A DNA stretch of 64,000 nt from a virus. The stretch lies in IMG/VR virus record IMGVR_UViG_3300024988_000006; one strand, given 5' to 3'. The notes beneath the pieces were generated by a model, which ran no database searches, was not told the origin of the DNA, and saw only the letters and a list, made by a program, of their open reading frames with translations. Below are positions 28,616-38,541 of this stretch, piece by piece. The position numbers and the translations under genes were made by a program. Numbering within the stretch: position 1 is the stretch's first letter; every line of letters begins with the position of its first letter.

Positions 28616-29380
28616 ATGGCTATAGACCACTATTACTACAATGAACAAATAGAGAAATATATTGTTCAGTTCATGTCGATTTTTACTGGATTGACGATCC
28701 ATACGGGCAAACGCGATACTGGCGAAATATCATCTGTGAGGGTACCTGTTCACTATGGCAGCAAGGATCGTGTAACCGCATCTATTCTAAATGACAATAC
28801 CCAAAACGTGCCTATGAGGTTGCCTGTTATGAGTTGCTATCTACGCAATCTATCCATGGCACCTGATCGTTATAAGGGGGTGGGTACTGTAAGAACTACT
28901 ACTCATGTTCCTCGTGGTGGTTTAATTCCTGATGATATCAAGGTTGTGCACCAATATATGCCAATTCCTTATATGACATCAATTGAGTTATCAATTTATA
29001 CAAGCAATTTGAGCACTCACTTTCAAATCCTTGAACAAATTTTGGTGTTATTTGATCCAGTTTTACAAATTCAAACATCAGATGGCGCCTTTGATTGGAG
29101 CAAAATAACCACTGTTGAGTTGCGCGATATCAATTTTGAAGAAAATTATCCTGCTAGTACCGACCGTCGTATGATCGTTACTACTTTGGTTTTTGATATG
29201 CCAATTTACATTTCGGCGCCAGCACGCCTCAAGTCTGAAATTGTGAACGACATTTACATGCGAATAGGCTCCGTCGAAACTTTCGGTGATGGTTCACAAG
29301 ACATTCTTGATCAATTAGAGAACCAAGGATTGGATTACGAATTAATAGTATCGGCTGCAAGAGACTTGGACATTAAATAA
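28616..29380 (+). CDS. gp15: Tail sheath stabiliser/completion protein
   Basis: IEKYIVQFMSIF, VPVHYGSKDR, PIPY, QILEQILVLFDP. Confidence 0.85.
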   Translation: MAIDHYYYNEQIEKYIVQFMSIFTGLTIHTGKRDTGEISSVRVPVHYGSKDRVTASILNDNTQNVPMRLPVMSCYLRNLSMAPDRYKGVGTVRTTTHVPRGGLIPDDIKVVHQYMPIPYMTSIELSIYTSNLSTHFQILEQILVLFDPVLQIQTSDGAFDWSKITTVELRDINFEENYPASTDRRMIVTTLVFDMPIYISAPARLKSEIVNDIYMRIGSVETFGDGSQDILDQLENQGLDYELIVSAARDLDIK

Positions 29381-29429
29381 CAATTACTTTGTTATTGCGA
29401 GATATTTTTACACATTTTCGATCGTTCGT

Positions 29430-29437
29430 TATAAATA
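29430..29437 (+). promoter_or_regulatory. Late promoter TATAAATA (sheath)
   Basis: Exact consensus. Confidence 0.7.
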
Positions 29438-29521
29438 CAATTAAGAGAAATTATAGTACACATTGCATTACTATGTGTATTCACACAATAACAAACAAAT
29501 GTTTTTAAAAAGGAGTTAAAC

Positions 29522-31567
29522 ATGGCAACTTTAGTGAGTCCAGGCGTTTCAGTAACCATTACGGATGAATCGTTCTTTATTCCAGCCGCTGCGTCAACTG
29601 TACCGTTGTTCTTTATAGCAACCACTGATGAAAAAATCAACCAGACAACTGGATTGCCATATGAAGGAACTACCGAGCATGATGTTATCAGAACCATTAC
29701 AACTGCAAGCCAATTGTATAGTTTATACGGCTCCCCAACTTTCTGGGAAGATTATCAAGGCAACCCTCAACATGGTGATGCTCGTAACGAGTACGGTTTG
29801 GCTGCATTGTACAGCTTTCTTGGGATTGGTAACAGAGCATTTGTTGTACGTGCTAACGTAAACTTAGATGATGACCGCGCTAGCATTCTTGCTATGTGGG
29901 ATCGTAAAACAATTAATCCAATTTCGGGTGCTGGAGCTTTATTAGAGCAGATTACAGCAGCTCGCATTGCTGAATATAATGCTACTAACCAGTACATTCC
30001 TAGTGATGTTCATGGTGTTGGTACGGTTGGCGCAATTGTTCCTGGTAGCCTTTATACAGATGGTGTATACACCAACGTTCCATTAGTTGGTGGTACCGGT
30101 TCGGGTGCTACTGCAAACATTACAGTCGCTGGTGGTGCTGTAACTGTTGTTTCGGTTGTGACTCCAGGCAAAGGATACACTATTGGCGACTCCTTAACTG
30201 CTGCCACTGTTAACGTTGGTGGTACAGGTGCTGGTTTCTCCGTTCCTGTTGCTACATTAGTTGACTTGTACAAACAAACAGTAACATCAACTGAATTGAA
30301 ATCTGATCTCAACACTGCTATGCAGATTGTGTATGATAAGTACTCTTTTGCGAAAATCGTTGTACGTAACATCAGTGGTGTTATTACAGGTAACTGGTTT
30401 GAAGGTAGTGGCACAACTGCTACTAGTTTCCCATTAGATGTATACGCAAATGGTTATGATCAGGTTGCAACTGGCTCTTTTGTTGGCACCGATACAATGA
30501 TTGCTGATTGGGTTGCTACTGGTCCAGGTTCTGTTGTTGCAACTGAATTTACGCCTGCTGAAGCTGCTCAATTACTAGTTGATGCTGCCACAGACTTCCA
30601 ATATACTGTTCAGTTCTTGAATATCACAAGCCTTGGTGCCAACGATGCTGCTCGTCGTCTTGCTATCGTTACAGCATTGCAAGCTACAGTAAGTAGCAAT
30701 CAAGATGTTCGTGCTGAAAACTTTGAATATAACTTGATCGTATGCCCAGGCTATCACGAACTTGTTGATGAAATGAATACTTTAAGCATCGATATCATGG
30801 AGGAAGCTCTTGTTATTGCTGATACTCCTATGGATATGAATCCTGATGATGTTGTTGTGTGGGGTGATTCAAATACCAGTACTCGTATCCACAGTGCTCA
30901 CGTTGCTTACTACTACCCACACGGTTTAACTTCTCACCCATTCACTGGTAAGAATATTATGGTTGCTGCCAGCGGCATCGCCTTGAGAACGTATGTTTAT
31001 AGCGATAACCAGGCTGATTTGTGGTGGGCTCCTGCTGGTACTCGTCGTGGTCAGGTTTCAGGTATTTCCCAGGTCGGCTTTGTTACTGGTACACTTGGTA
31101 CAGCAACAACATTTAATGTTGCTCCGTTGACCCAGGGACAGCGTGACAATATGTACAAGTACACCACCAACTTAAATCCAATTACCAACTTACCGGGCCG
31201 TGGATTGGTTGTATTTGGTCAGAAGACTTCCGCTCTCGACGCAAGTGCAATGGATCGTGTGAGTGTTTCTCGTATGATGAAGTATATCAAGCGTCAATTA
31301 CGCAAGAACGTTGTTAGCTTCTTGTTTGAACCAAACGATCAATTAACACGTAATAACCTTAAGGCTGTTGTTGATAGTTTCTTGAGTGGTATTATGCACA
31401 AGCGTGGTTTGTATGACTTCGCTACAGTGTGTGATGATTCGAACAACACACCTGACAGAATTGACCGCAATGAGCTTTACATTGATGTTGCTCTCAAACC
31501 TGAAAAGGCTGTTGAATTCATCTACATTCCTATCAGAATTCTTGCAACTGGTGCGGCTATGGGGTAA
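29522..31567 (+). CDS. gp18: Tail sheath protein
   Basis: LVSPGVSVTITDES, WWAPAGTRRG, FGQKT, FEPND, DRNELYIDVALKPEKAVEFIYI. Confidence 0.95.
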   Translation: MATLVSPGVSVTITDESFFIPAAASTVPLFFIATTDEKINQTTGLPYEGTTEHDVIRTITTASQLYSLYGSPTFWEDYQGNPQHGDARNEYGLAALYSFLGIGNRAFVVRANVNLDDDRASILAMWDRKTINPISGAGALLEQITAARIAEYNATNQYIPSDVHGVGTVGAIVPGSLYTDGVYTNVPLVGGTGSGATANITVAGGAVTVVSVVTPGKGYTIGDSLTAATVNVGGTGAGFSVPVATLVDLYKQTVTSTELKSDLNTAMQIVYDKYSFAKIVVRNISGVITGNWFEGSGTTATSFPLDVYANGYDQVATGSFVGTDTMIADWVATGPGSVVATEFTPAEAAQLLVDAATDFQYTVQFLNITSLGANDAARRLAIVTALQATVSSNQDVRAENFEYNLIVCPGYHELVDEMNTLSIDIMEEALVIADTPMDMNPDDVVVWGDSNTSTRIHSAHVAYYYPHGLTSHPFTGKNIMVAASGIALRTYVYSDNQADLWWAPAGTRRGQVSGISQVGFVTGTLGTATTFNVAPLTQGQRDNMYKYTTNLNPITNLPGRGLVVFGQKTSALDASAMDRVSVSRMMKYIKRQLRKNVVSFLFEPNDQLTRNNLKAVVDSFLSGIMHKRGLYDFATVCDDSNNTPDRIDRNELYIDVALKPEKAVEFIYIPIRILATGAAMG

Positions 31568-31595
31568 TTACAGCCTAAACGGTTTGTAACCATTC

Positions 31596-31645
31596 TCTCC
31601 CCTAATATGGACACGCAAGTGAATTGTATTAGGGGAGATTTTTTT
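31596..31645 (+). terminator. Long hairpin terminator between sheath and tube
   Basis: TCTCCCCTAATA...CAC-GCAA-GTG...TATTAGGGGAGA followed by T7. Confidence 0.7.
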
Positions 31646-31760
31646 AATCGAGCGAAATGTGCCAGTAAATAGTGTTAAATTTTCGTTTGTTTTTAGACAC
31701 CGACCATAAATACTATAAAGAAGAAATGTCGCATTTCATTACATAAGGAGCATTAATACT

Positions 31761-32372
31761 ATGGCAACCATTAACGACTTCGGTATTCCAGATGTAGGAA
31801 CCGGAATTTTACAACCAAAACTAAAGAACAAATGGCGCGTAACTTTCAACAAGATTGGTGGAGGTACAGCCAGCCAGAGTCTATCGATTCAAGCAATTAG
31901 TGTTGCTCGTCCAAGCTTGTCATTTGAAGAAGTTGAACTACATCGCTACAACTCAAGATCGTGGATTGCTGGAAAGCATAATTGGGAAGAGTGTGCGATT
32001 GTATTTGAAGATGATATCACAGGACAAGCCGCAACCATCATCAAGCAACAACTACAGAAGCAACAGTGGTTGATTGGTGCTGATCCTGCTGCACAGCAAT
32101 ACTTAGCTACCGCTGGCGATGCTGCTGTTTATAAGTTTGAAACCATTATTGAAACATTAGATGGTAACACCCAACCTCTCGAAACATGGACTCTTGAAGG
32201 ATGCTGGTTGAAGAACACTAACTTTAACGAATTAGCTTATTCTGACAACGAAGCTATGAAAATTAACATTTCGATTCGTTTTGATCACGCACGTCAAGTC
32301 ATTCACCCATATGGTGGTGGTCGTCCTGGTGATAATGGTAACGGTTTCGCTACTCCAGGTGGTAGAACTTAA
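31761..32372 (+). CDS. gp19: Tail tube protein
   Basis: QPKLKNKWRVTF, RPSLSFEEV, WIAGKHNWE, WTLEGCW, IRFDHA. Confidence 0.9.
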   Translation: MATINDFGIPDVGTGILQPKLKNKWRVTFNKIGGGTASQSLSIQAISVARPSLSFEEVELHRYNSRSWIAGKHNWEECAIVFEDDITGQAATIIKQQLQKQQWLIGADPAAQQYLATAGDAAVYKFETIIETLDGNTQPLETWTLEGCWLKNTNFNELAYSDNEAMKINISIRFDHARQVIHPYGGGRPGDNGNGFATPGGRT

Positions 32373-32396
32373 TAGGTTTTGCTCGAAGCACGTATT

Positions 32397-32424
32397 AAAG
32401 GCTCTTCTACGAAGGGCCTTTTTT
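32397..32424 (+). terminator. Intrinsic terminator
   Basis: AAAGGCTCTTC-TAC-GAAGGGCCTTTTTT. Confidence 0.8.
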
Positions 32425-32471
32425 ATTTGCAGTGTGTAAATATAAATATATGTAATAATTAGGAGATTTTA

Positions 32472-33854
32472 ATGTCACTACAAGACCTGTTTACAACCGC
32501 CTCTACTGGTGCCCAAAGCACTATCAGTAAGTCCGTCGAGAGACAGACTTATGGCATTGTTAATCGTGGCGTTAACACCGTTGCCGGTGTATTCAACAAC
32601 TCTGTACAGTCAGGGCTTTCACGTTTTCTTTCTAAAGGAAGTCAACAAATACTAGATGCAGTTGGTATTTCTCGTAACTCACTACCAGAGCTGGGCAATA
32701 TTAGTGCAGCTATTACATCGGCTGGAGTGACAGCGGCAGGTCAAATATTTCAAGGTATTGTAAATGGTAATGTCACACAAAAGAGTGTAAATCAATTATC
32801 ATCATATGATGTAGCCAAAGCGGCTGCGGCAAACAACAACACAACCGCACAACACATGTTTGCGATTAGCAATTTAGTACAGATTGCACAAACTCAAGGT
32901 GTAACCGATTCCTTGGGTTCCATTGGACAAGCGCCAGGAATACCCGATGCTGTTGTTAAACATTACGCATCCGATTTACTACAATATGCCCCAAAATATA
33001 AATTTTTATATGTTGTTGAGTTTATATTTAATGCTTCATATGCAAATACAACATTTAAGAACGATTTTGCCTTTTTAATTAAGCAGTTCGACCGTCCTAA
33101 CATTAACATTGTACATGATGATGTTAATATGTATGGGTACCGTACCAAAGTCCCAAAAATGACATCTTACGAACCAATAACGGTTCAAATACACGACGAT
33201 ATTCAAAACCGTTCTATGAATTTTTTCGTATCTTACTTACGTTCTATAAGTCCAATCGCAAATGCTCGTGGTTCTTCTGATCCAACTTCATTGCAAGCGG
33301 ATAGTATGCAATACGATATGTCAGGTTCATATGGTGATACCCCAACTAATAATCATTCATCTTCTTTTGGGCCACTCTACGATAATGCCGTTACAGTTTT
33401 ACAATCAATGAATCTATATCATGTGTATGATTATGGCCAGTTTATGAACGTTTACAACTTTAAAAATCCTAAAATTATTCAAATGTCTTTAGATGCTCTT
33501 TCTATGGAGGAGAGTGGTGGTTCTGGTGTAACTTTACAACTAGCTTATGATACAGTGTATATCGAAACTGGGGTCGCAGCGGCTGGTAACATCAACCAAA
33601 AAGAAATTTATGATGGTATACAACTTACAGACACTTTATCAGGGGTCGAATCATCCAACATTCAACAAATTAGTGATAGTATAACACATACACTACCATC
33701 AGATACCAATTTAACACCAAATACTTCTGTGTCCCCAACTGCTTCGAATCTATTTGTGGGTACATCAAACACTGCTATAACAGGCGTTACAGATTTAACC
33801 ATACCTACCAACGAATTGGCAAATGTTGTTAACTCCTTTACTCCAAAATTCTAA
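32472..33854 (+). CDS. Tube-fold baseplate protein (gp54-like tube initiator)
   Basis: DRPNINIV..VNMYGYRTKVPKMTSYEPITVQIHDD; late promoter TATAAATA at 32441. Confidence 0.6.
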   Translation: MSLQDLFTTASTGAQSTISKSVERQTYGIVNRGVNTVAGVFNNSVQSGLSRFLSKGSQQILDAVGISRNSLPELGNISAAITSAGVTAAGQIFQGIVNGNVTQKSVNQLSSYDVAKAAAANNNTTAQHMFAISNLVQIAQTQGVTDSLGSIGQAPGIPDAVVKHYASDLLQYAPKYKFLYVVEFIFNASYANTTFKNDFAFLIKQFDRPNINIVHDDVNMYGYRTKVPKMTSYEPITVQIHDDIQNRSMNFFVSYLRSISPIANARGSSDPTSLQADSMQYDMSGSYGDTPTNNHSSSFGPLYDNAVTVLQSMNLYHVYDYGQFMNVYNFKNPKIIQMSLDALSMEESGGSGVTLQLAYDTVYIETGVAAAGNINQKEIYDGIQLTDTLSGVESSNIQQISDSITHTLPSDTNLTPNTSVSPTASNLFVGTSNTAITGVTDLTIPTNELANVVNSFTPKF

Positions 33855-34294
33855 TGGGAAATTTTAGACAAGGGTATTTTGTACCCAAACATCCTGAAAA
33901 ATATAAGGGTAATGTATCAAACATTCGTTACATGTCATCTTGGGAATTAAAATTCAACCATTTCCTTGATAACAATGCAAATATTCTTGAATGGGCTAGT
34001 GAGGAAATCGCTATACCATATATCAAACCCACCGATGGGAAGCTTCATAAATACTACCCAGACTACTATATCATGTATAAAAACAAAGATGGTGCAATTA
34101 TACGTGAGGTAATTGAGATTAAACCAAAAAGTCAGGTTAATCTCAAAAAACGAGCAAATTTGTATGAACAATTGACGTTTGCTGTGAATAAAGCTAAATG
34201 GGAAGCTGCTGAACGATTCTGTCAACAATATGGTTTAAAATTTAGAATTGTAACAGAAGATCACCTATTTGCTAATGGGAGAACAAAAAAATGA
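33854..34294 (+). CDS. gp4: Head completion nuclease (TnsA-like)
   Basis: QGYFVPKHPEKYKG, YMSSWE, WASEEIAIPY, YYPDY, EIKP, NKAKWEAA. Confidence 0.9.
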   Translation: MGNFRQGYFVPKHPEKYKGNVSNIRYMSSWELKFNHFLDNNANILEWASEEIAIPYIKPTDGKLHKYYPDYYIMYKNKDGAIIREVIEIKPKSQVNLKKRANLYEQLTFAVNKAKWEAAERFCQQYGLKFRIVTEDHLFANGRTKK

Positions 34295-34713
34295 AAATAG
34301 TAACCACCGAAGAATATATTGAACATCCAATGGAAGAAATCTTTGATATTGAATCTGGTTCAACTCTTATCACGAAAGAAGAATTGCAATCAGACGGTCT
34401 TGTTACTTTACACAGTTACGACGATAAGGATTTGGAAGTTGAAAGTCAGTTTCAAGAAGTTTACGATGCTGCAATGACATCATTTGCTGACCAAGCAGGT
34501 TTATTGCATACAAGCGATCCAAAATACAGTGCTCGTAATATGGAAGTTGCAAACGCCTTTCTCAATACCGCGTTAGCGGCAGCTAAAGAGAAAGCTAATA
34601 TCAAACAGCATAAAGATAAAATTGCTAAGGGTGAAGGTCCTCGAACCGTCAACAACAACTTGATAATGGATCGCAACGTGTTGTTAAAAATGCTAAAGGA
34701 TGGTGGCCAATGA
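34291..34713 (+). CDS. gp16: Terminase small subunit
   Basis: ARNMEVANAFL...TVNNNLIMDRNVLLKML resembles the T4 gp16 C-terminus; lies upstream of TerL. Confidence 0.65.
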   Translation: MKIVTTEEYIEHPMEEIFDIESGSTLITKEELQSDGLVTLHSYDDKDLEVESQFQEVYDAAMTSFADQAGLLHTSDPKYSARNMEVANAFLNTALAAAKEKANIKQHKDKIAKGEGPRTVNNNLIMDRNVLLKMLKDGGQ

Positions 34714-35510
34714 AACTAACAGAGTTACTCTCTGAAAGAGAAAATTTGGGTGGTTATGACTATGAAAAAATGGTCTATTTAGCACTACGTCAATCAGGAA
34801 TAAGTGGTAAGATTAAAACACATGCGCGCAAAGCTGCAAGTGATGCTCACAAACCCGATTTGGATTTTGTTATTAACGGTAACCAACACCTACTAGAAGT
34901 TAAACAGGGTAGTAGAGCACAAATGGGTGGTACATCGTTTCGATATAATCCAAGAGCAAGACGTTTAGACACAATGTTTGTCCCAGTAAATGATATTTTT
35001 GATCCTGATGATTTAACTATTATTCAGGAAATTATGTCATCAAAACAAGACGATCTTAACCAATATTTGCAATTTATTATCAACGATCCAATTACCAAAC
35101 AATACAATTTACCAATTACAGGATGGCCATTTGTTGCTGCACGTCAGACATTAGATGCCGCTCGTGATCAAGGCTTGTTGCGTAACATCAACACAACCAT
35201 TCGTTATGATACATCCTTTATTCATAAACATTATGCAAGTAAGGGAATATTTTATATCCAGATTGGTGGTAGCGGACTGTTTTATATGGCCGATAATCCT
35301 GCAGGGTTACCAGTTCCACAACTTAAAGGCGAGATTGATTTAGAGGTTCGTTCAGGCCCTGCAGGTGGTAGAGAACTCGCAAACGGTTTGGTTGTTGCAG
35401 GGAATTCCTTACGTATCCAAGGAAGGTGGCAATATCACGGCAAATCTATCTACACACTAGACAATCCAAACAACATTACCAAACTACTCACGCGGATTGG
35501 TGCCTCTTAA
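34710..35510 (+). CDS. PD-(D/E)xK-family nuclease-like protein
   Basis: KPDLDF....LLEVK motif; ATGA overlap with TerS. Confidence 0.55.
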   Translation: MKLTELLSERENLGGYDYEKMVYLALRQSGISGKIKTHARKAASDAHKPDLDFVINGNQHLLEVKQGSRAQMGGTSFRYNPRARRLDTMFVPVNDIFDPDDLTIIQEIMSSKQDDLNQYLQFIINDPITKQYNLPITGWPFVAARQTLDAARDQGLLRNINTTIRYDTSFIHKHYASKGIFYIQIGGSGLFYMADNPAGLPVPQLKGEIDLEVRSGPAGGRELANGLVVAGNSLRIQGRWQYHGKSIYTLDNPNNITKLLTRIGAS

Positions 35511-35519
35511 CTTTTAGGG

Positions 35520-35527
35520 TATAAATA
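35520..35527 (+). promoter_or_regulatory. Late promoter TATAAATA (TerL)
   Basis: Exact consensus. Confidence 0.7.
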
Positions 35528-35591
35528 TTTTTCACTATTATAGTGGAGATTATTATGTATTTTGTTTATCAGTTAATATTTGGAGTGCACA

Positions 35592-37196
35592 ATGGGTGTT
35601 AAAAATCCGCGCATCAAACGCGCTCATGAAGAATTAGAATATACACCCGAACAAGTACGTGAGTTACTAAAGTGTTCCAACGATCCCATATACTTTATTG
35701 AGAAGTATGTAATGATTCAGCACCCTATACGTGGTGCTATCCATTTTGAACTCTATGATTATCAAAGGCGGCTGATTCATAATTATCAACACAACCGCTA
35801 CAACATTGTTCTATCCGCTCGTCAAACAGGTAAATCTACCACATCCGCCGCTTTTTTGTTATGGTACGCTATCTTTAACGAAGATAAGACAGTACTAATT
35901 GCCGCTAACAAGAATGCTAACGCCATGGAAATGATTTCACGCATCCGTTACGCATATGAATATTTGCCAGCATGGCTTAAACCTGGCGTCGCTGATGATG
36001 GTTGGAACAAACATGGTGTAGGTTTTGATAACATGAGTCGTATTATTTCTGCCGCTACATCAGACAATGCTGGTCGTGGTATGTCTATTTCACTATTATT
36101 TTGTGACGAATTTGCATTTGTTCGTGGTGGCATTCAGGAAGAATTTTGGACTGCTATTTCACCAACGTTAGCAACAGGTGGTTCATGTATTATAGCCTCA
36201 ACACCAAACGGCGATTCGAATTTATTTGCACAGTTATGGCGTGGAGCCGAATTGGGAACCAACGAGTTCAAATCGACGTGGGTTAAATGGAACGAACCAC
36301 CTGGACGTGATGAAGCTTTCAAACTCGCAGAAATTGGTAAAATTGGTGAAGAGAAGTGGCAACAAGAATACGAATGCATCTTCTTATCCTCCGATGCGTT
36401 ATTGATTAGTTCCATACTTTTACACTCACTTAATGATATGGTTAGCATGCCTGAACCCGATGCACGCGGGATTAACTGGTGGGCAAATTTCGAAAAAGGC
36501 AAAACCTACTTAATAGGTGTGGATCCCGCAACAGGTAGTGGTAATGATTTTAGTTCAATTGAAGTATTCTCTTTTCCTGAGCTTGTTCAAGTTGCAGAGT
36601 TTCGATCAAATACCACCTCATCACCTGTATTATATTTAACTCTTGTTTGGATCCTTAAAAAAGCTGGGTTGGCCGGATCCAACGTCTATTTTTCCGTTGA
36701 GAATAATGGTGTTGGTGAAGGTATGATCTCACTATATCAAGCAGATGAAAATCCACCGCACACAGGGGAGTTCATTTCTGAAGAAGGTAAGGGTCGTCTT
36801 GGTATGACTACAACCGGTAAATCTAAAATACGTGCGTGTTTGAACTTCAAGCAACTCGTTGAGCGTGCTAAATTGGGTGTTCGTTCTCGCTCTCTATTAG
36901 GCGAAATGAAAAACTATGCTCGAAAGAATGGTAGTTATGAGGCTCAAATTGGCGCAACTGATGATTCTATTTCCGCCACTCTTATCGTTTTGCGTTTGCT
37001 CGAGGAGATTTCCACCTACGAACAAGATGCTTATGATACTTTATATTCCGTTGATGAAAGTGAGTATTTCGGGGAATATGATGAGAATGATGTTGGGTTA
37101 GCAATTTCATTCGGTGATACTTCCGGGGGGACTTTCGGGGGTGGAGGATCATTTGCTGACCCCAATGACCCTGACTCATTTGACCCATTTGGATAA
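35592..37196 (+). CDS. gp17: Terminase large subunit
   Basis: SARQTGKST, GRGMS..LLFCDEFAF, GVDPATGSGND, DDSISA; no intein. Confidence 0.95.
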   Translation: MGVKNPRIKRAHEELEYTPEQVRELLKCSNDPIYFIEKYVMIQHPIRGAIHFELYDYQRRLIHNYQHNRYNIVLSARQTGKSTTSAAFLLWYAIFNEDKTVLIAANKNANAMEMISRIRYAYEYLPAWLKPGVADDGWNKHGVGFDNMSRIISAATSDNAGRGMSISLLFCDEFAFVRGGIQEEFWTAISPTLATGGSCIIASTPNGDSNLFAQLWRGAELGTNEFKSTWVKWNEPPGRDEAFKLAEIGKIGEEKWQQEYECIFLSSDALLISSILLHSLNDMVSMPEPDARGINWWANFEKGKTYLIGVDPATGSGNDFSSIEVFSFPELVQVAEFRSNTTSSPVLYLTLVWILKKAGLAGSNVYFSVENNGVGEGMISLYQADENPPHTGEFISEEGKGRLGMTTTGKSKIRACLNFKQLVERAKLGVRSRSLLGEMKNYARKNGSYEAQIGATDDSISATLIVLRLLEEISTYEQDAYDTLYSVDESEYFGEYDENDVGLAISFGDTSGGTFGGGGSFADPNDPDSFDPFG

Positions 37197-37303
37197 GTTT
37201 GACCCAAACGACAGTTTAATAATAGAACATCATTATAATAATTAAAGAACCTTTATGCTCAGGCCTTTGTGACAAAACCATTATCTCTAGGGTAATAAAA
37301 AAA

Positions 37304-37340
37304 GTCAACGGGTTGACAAAAATAAATTTTCCTTTATAAT
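37304..37340 (+). promoter_or_regulatory. Sigma70 promoter with a GTCAAC/GTTGAC palindrome over the -35
   Basis: GTCAAC-GG-GTTGACA; TTGACA (37313)-16 nt-TATAAT. Confidence 0.75.
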
Positions 37341-37368
37341 GACACAATATTATTAAATTGGATAAAAC

Positions 37369-38496
37369 ATGAATCTCAAAGACGAATTTTTTAAGTGGTT
37401 TCACAGTAACTTTGTATTTACCCCGCTTTATAGCGCGATGAACAATACCTCCGAAGCAAGTAAATGGCATCGTGAAGATAGTGTCGGCGTGCATACCGCT
37501 ATGGTTGTTGCAGAATACATAAAGTTTTCGCCAAATGAGTGGAACACTGACGATTTGTGTGGTGCAATTGCCTGCGCATTCCATGATACTGGCAAACCGG
37601 CGGCGCGCACCGAAAAGCACTCAGAAGAGCGTGGTGTTTACTACTCCTATCCTGGCCATGAGCAAATTTCGGCCCGTTTGTGGGAAGATTGGGCTGTTAG
37701 CAACTGGATTACGTTTGAGAAGTTTGGGCTTGTCCCCAACGACATCTACCGTATTGGTTGGGTGATTGAACATCATCTGCCGTACGCCACTGTCAAGGCA
37801 GACAAGGTTGGCCGCATGGTGGAAACGGTTGTTAATATGTTTGGATCTAACCGAATTATGAGCACTGTGTTGTTGGCAGACCAATTTGGTCGTATTTCTG
37901 ATGATATGGAGTACAACCGCAATAAGGTTGTTGTGTGGGTTGATGAATTTAATAAGAAGTGTGACGAATTCATGGCTACCAATTCAACAAACGACGTTGG
38001 GAAGAAACCTACCTGCACACTGCTTATTGGACCATCTGGATGTGGTAAGTCTACTTATACCGAAGTATATCAAGCACTTTATGGGCCTGTGCAACACTAC
38101 TCGTGGGATGATTTGCGTATGCAATGGTATTCGCCTAAGACGGGTGATGTTAAACATGACTATTCAGCAGCGTGGGCAGCATCTACAGAAGATAAGCAAT
38201 TTCAACAAAAGGCTGATGCAGCATTCAACTCTATGTTAAGTGGTGAAGATGTGTTTGTTGATAACACCAACCTTACTACTAAACGTCGCCGCTTCTTTGT
38301 GGAAGCTGCCCACCGTAAAGGTTATAATGTTATTGGTGTGTTGTTTCCGCTTGCTCTTAGCACTCTCAAAGAACGCCAAATGGGGCGTGATGATAAACAA
38401 GTGCCGATGGCAACTGTTGAAAGTATGTATTTTTCGTTGCAGTTGCCATCTAATGGCGAAGTTGATAACGTTGTTGTGTCGGAAGGTAACCTGTAA
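37369..38496 (+). CDS. HD-Pnk: HD phosphohydrolase fused to a P-loop polynucleotide kinase
   Basis: WHREDSVGVHT...FHDTGK...HEQIS...HH...D; GPSGCGKST, DDLR, VDNTN, RQMGR. Confidence 0.8.
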   Translation: MNLKDEFFKWFHSNFVFTPLYSAMNNTSEASKWHREDSVGVHTAMVVAEYIKFSPNEWNTDDLCGAIACAFHDTGKPAARTEKHSEERGVYYSYPGHEQISARLWEDWAVSNWITFEKFGLVPNDIYRIGWVIEHHLPYATVKADKVGRMVETVVNMFGSNRIMSTVLLADQFGRISDDMEYNRNKVVVWVDEFNKKCDEFMATNSTNDVGKKPTCTLLIGPSGCGKSTYTEVYQALYGPVQHYSWDDLRMQWYSPKTGDVKHDYSAAWAASTEDKQFQQKADAAFNSMLSGEDVFVDNTNLTTKRRRFFVEAAHRKGYNVIGVLFPLALSTLKERQMGRDDKQVPMATVESMYFSLQLPSNGEVDNVVVSEGNL

Positions 38497-38503
38497 TATT
38501 TTT

Positions 38504-38536
38504 CTTCCCATAAATACTTACAATATTTATGGGAAG
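38504..38536 (+). promoter_or_regulatory. Perfect 13-bp hairpin containing late promoter CATAAATA and the SD
   Basis: CTTCCCATAAATA-CTTACAA-TATTTATGGGAAG; ATG at 38542. Confidence 0.7.
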
Positions 38537-38541
38537 TTTTT

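Noticed and set aside
35592-37196. Intein or intron in TerL (also checked UvsX, UvsW, gp46, gp44)
   Set aside because: Lengths and motif spacing are normal; no Hint blocks or interruptions.
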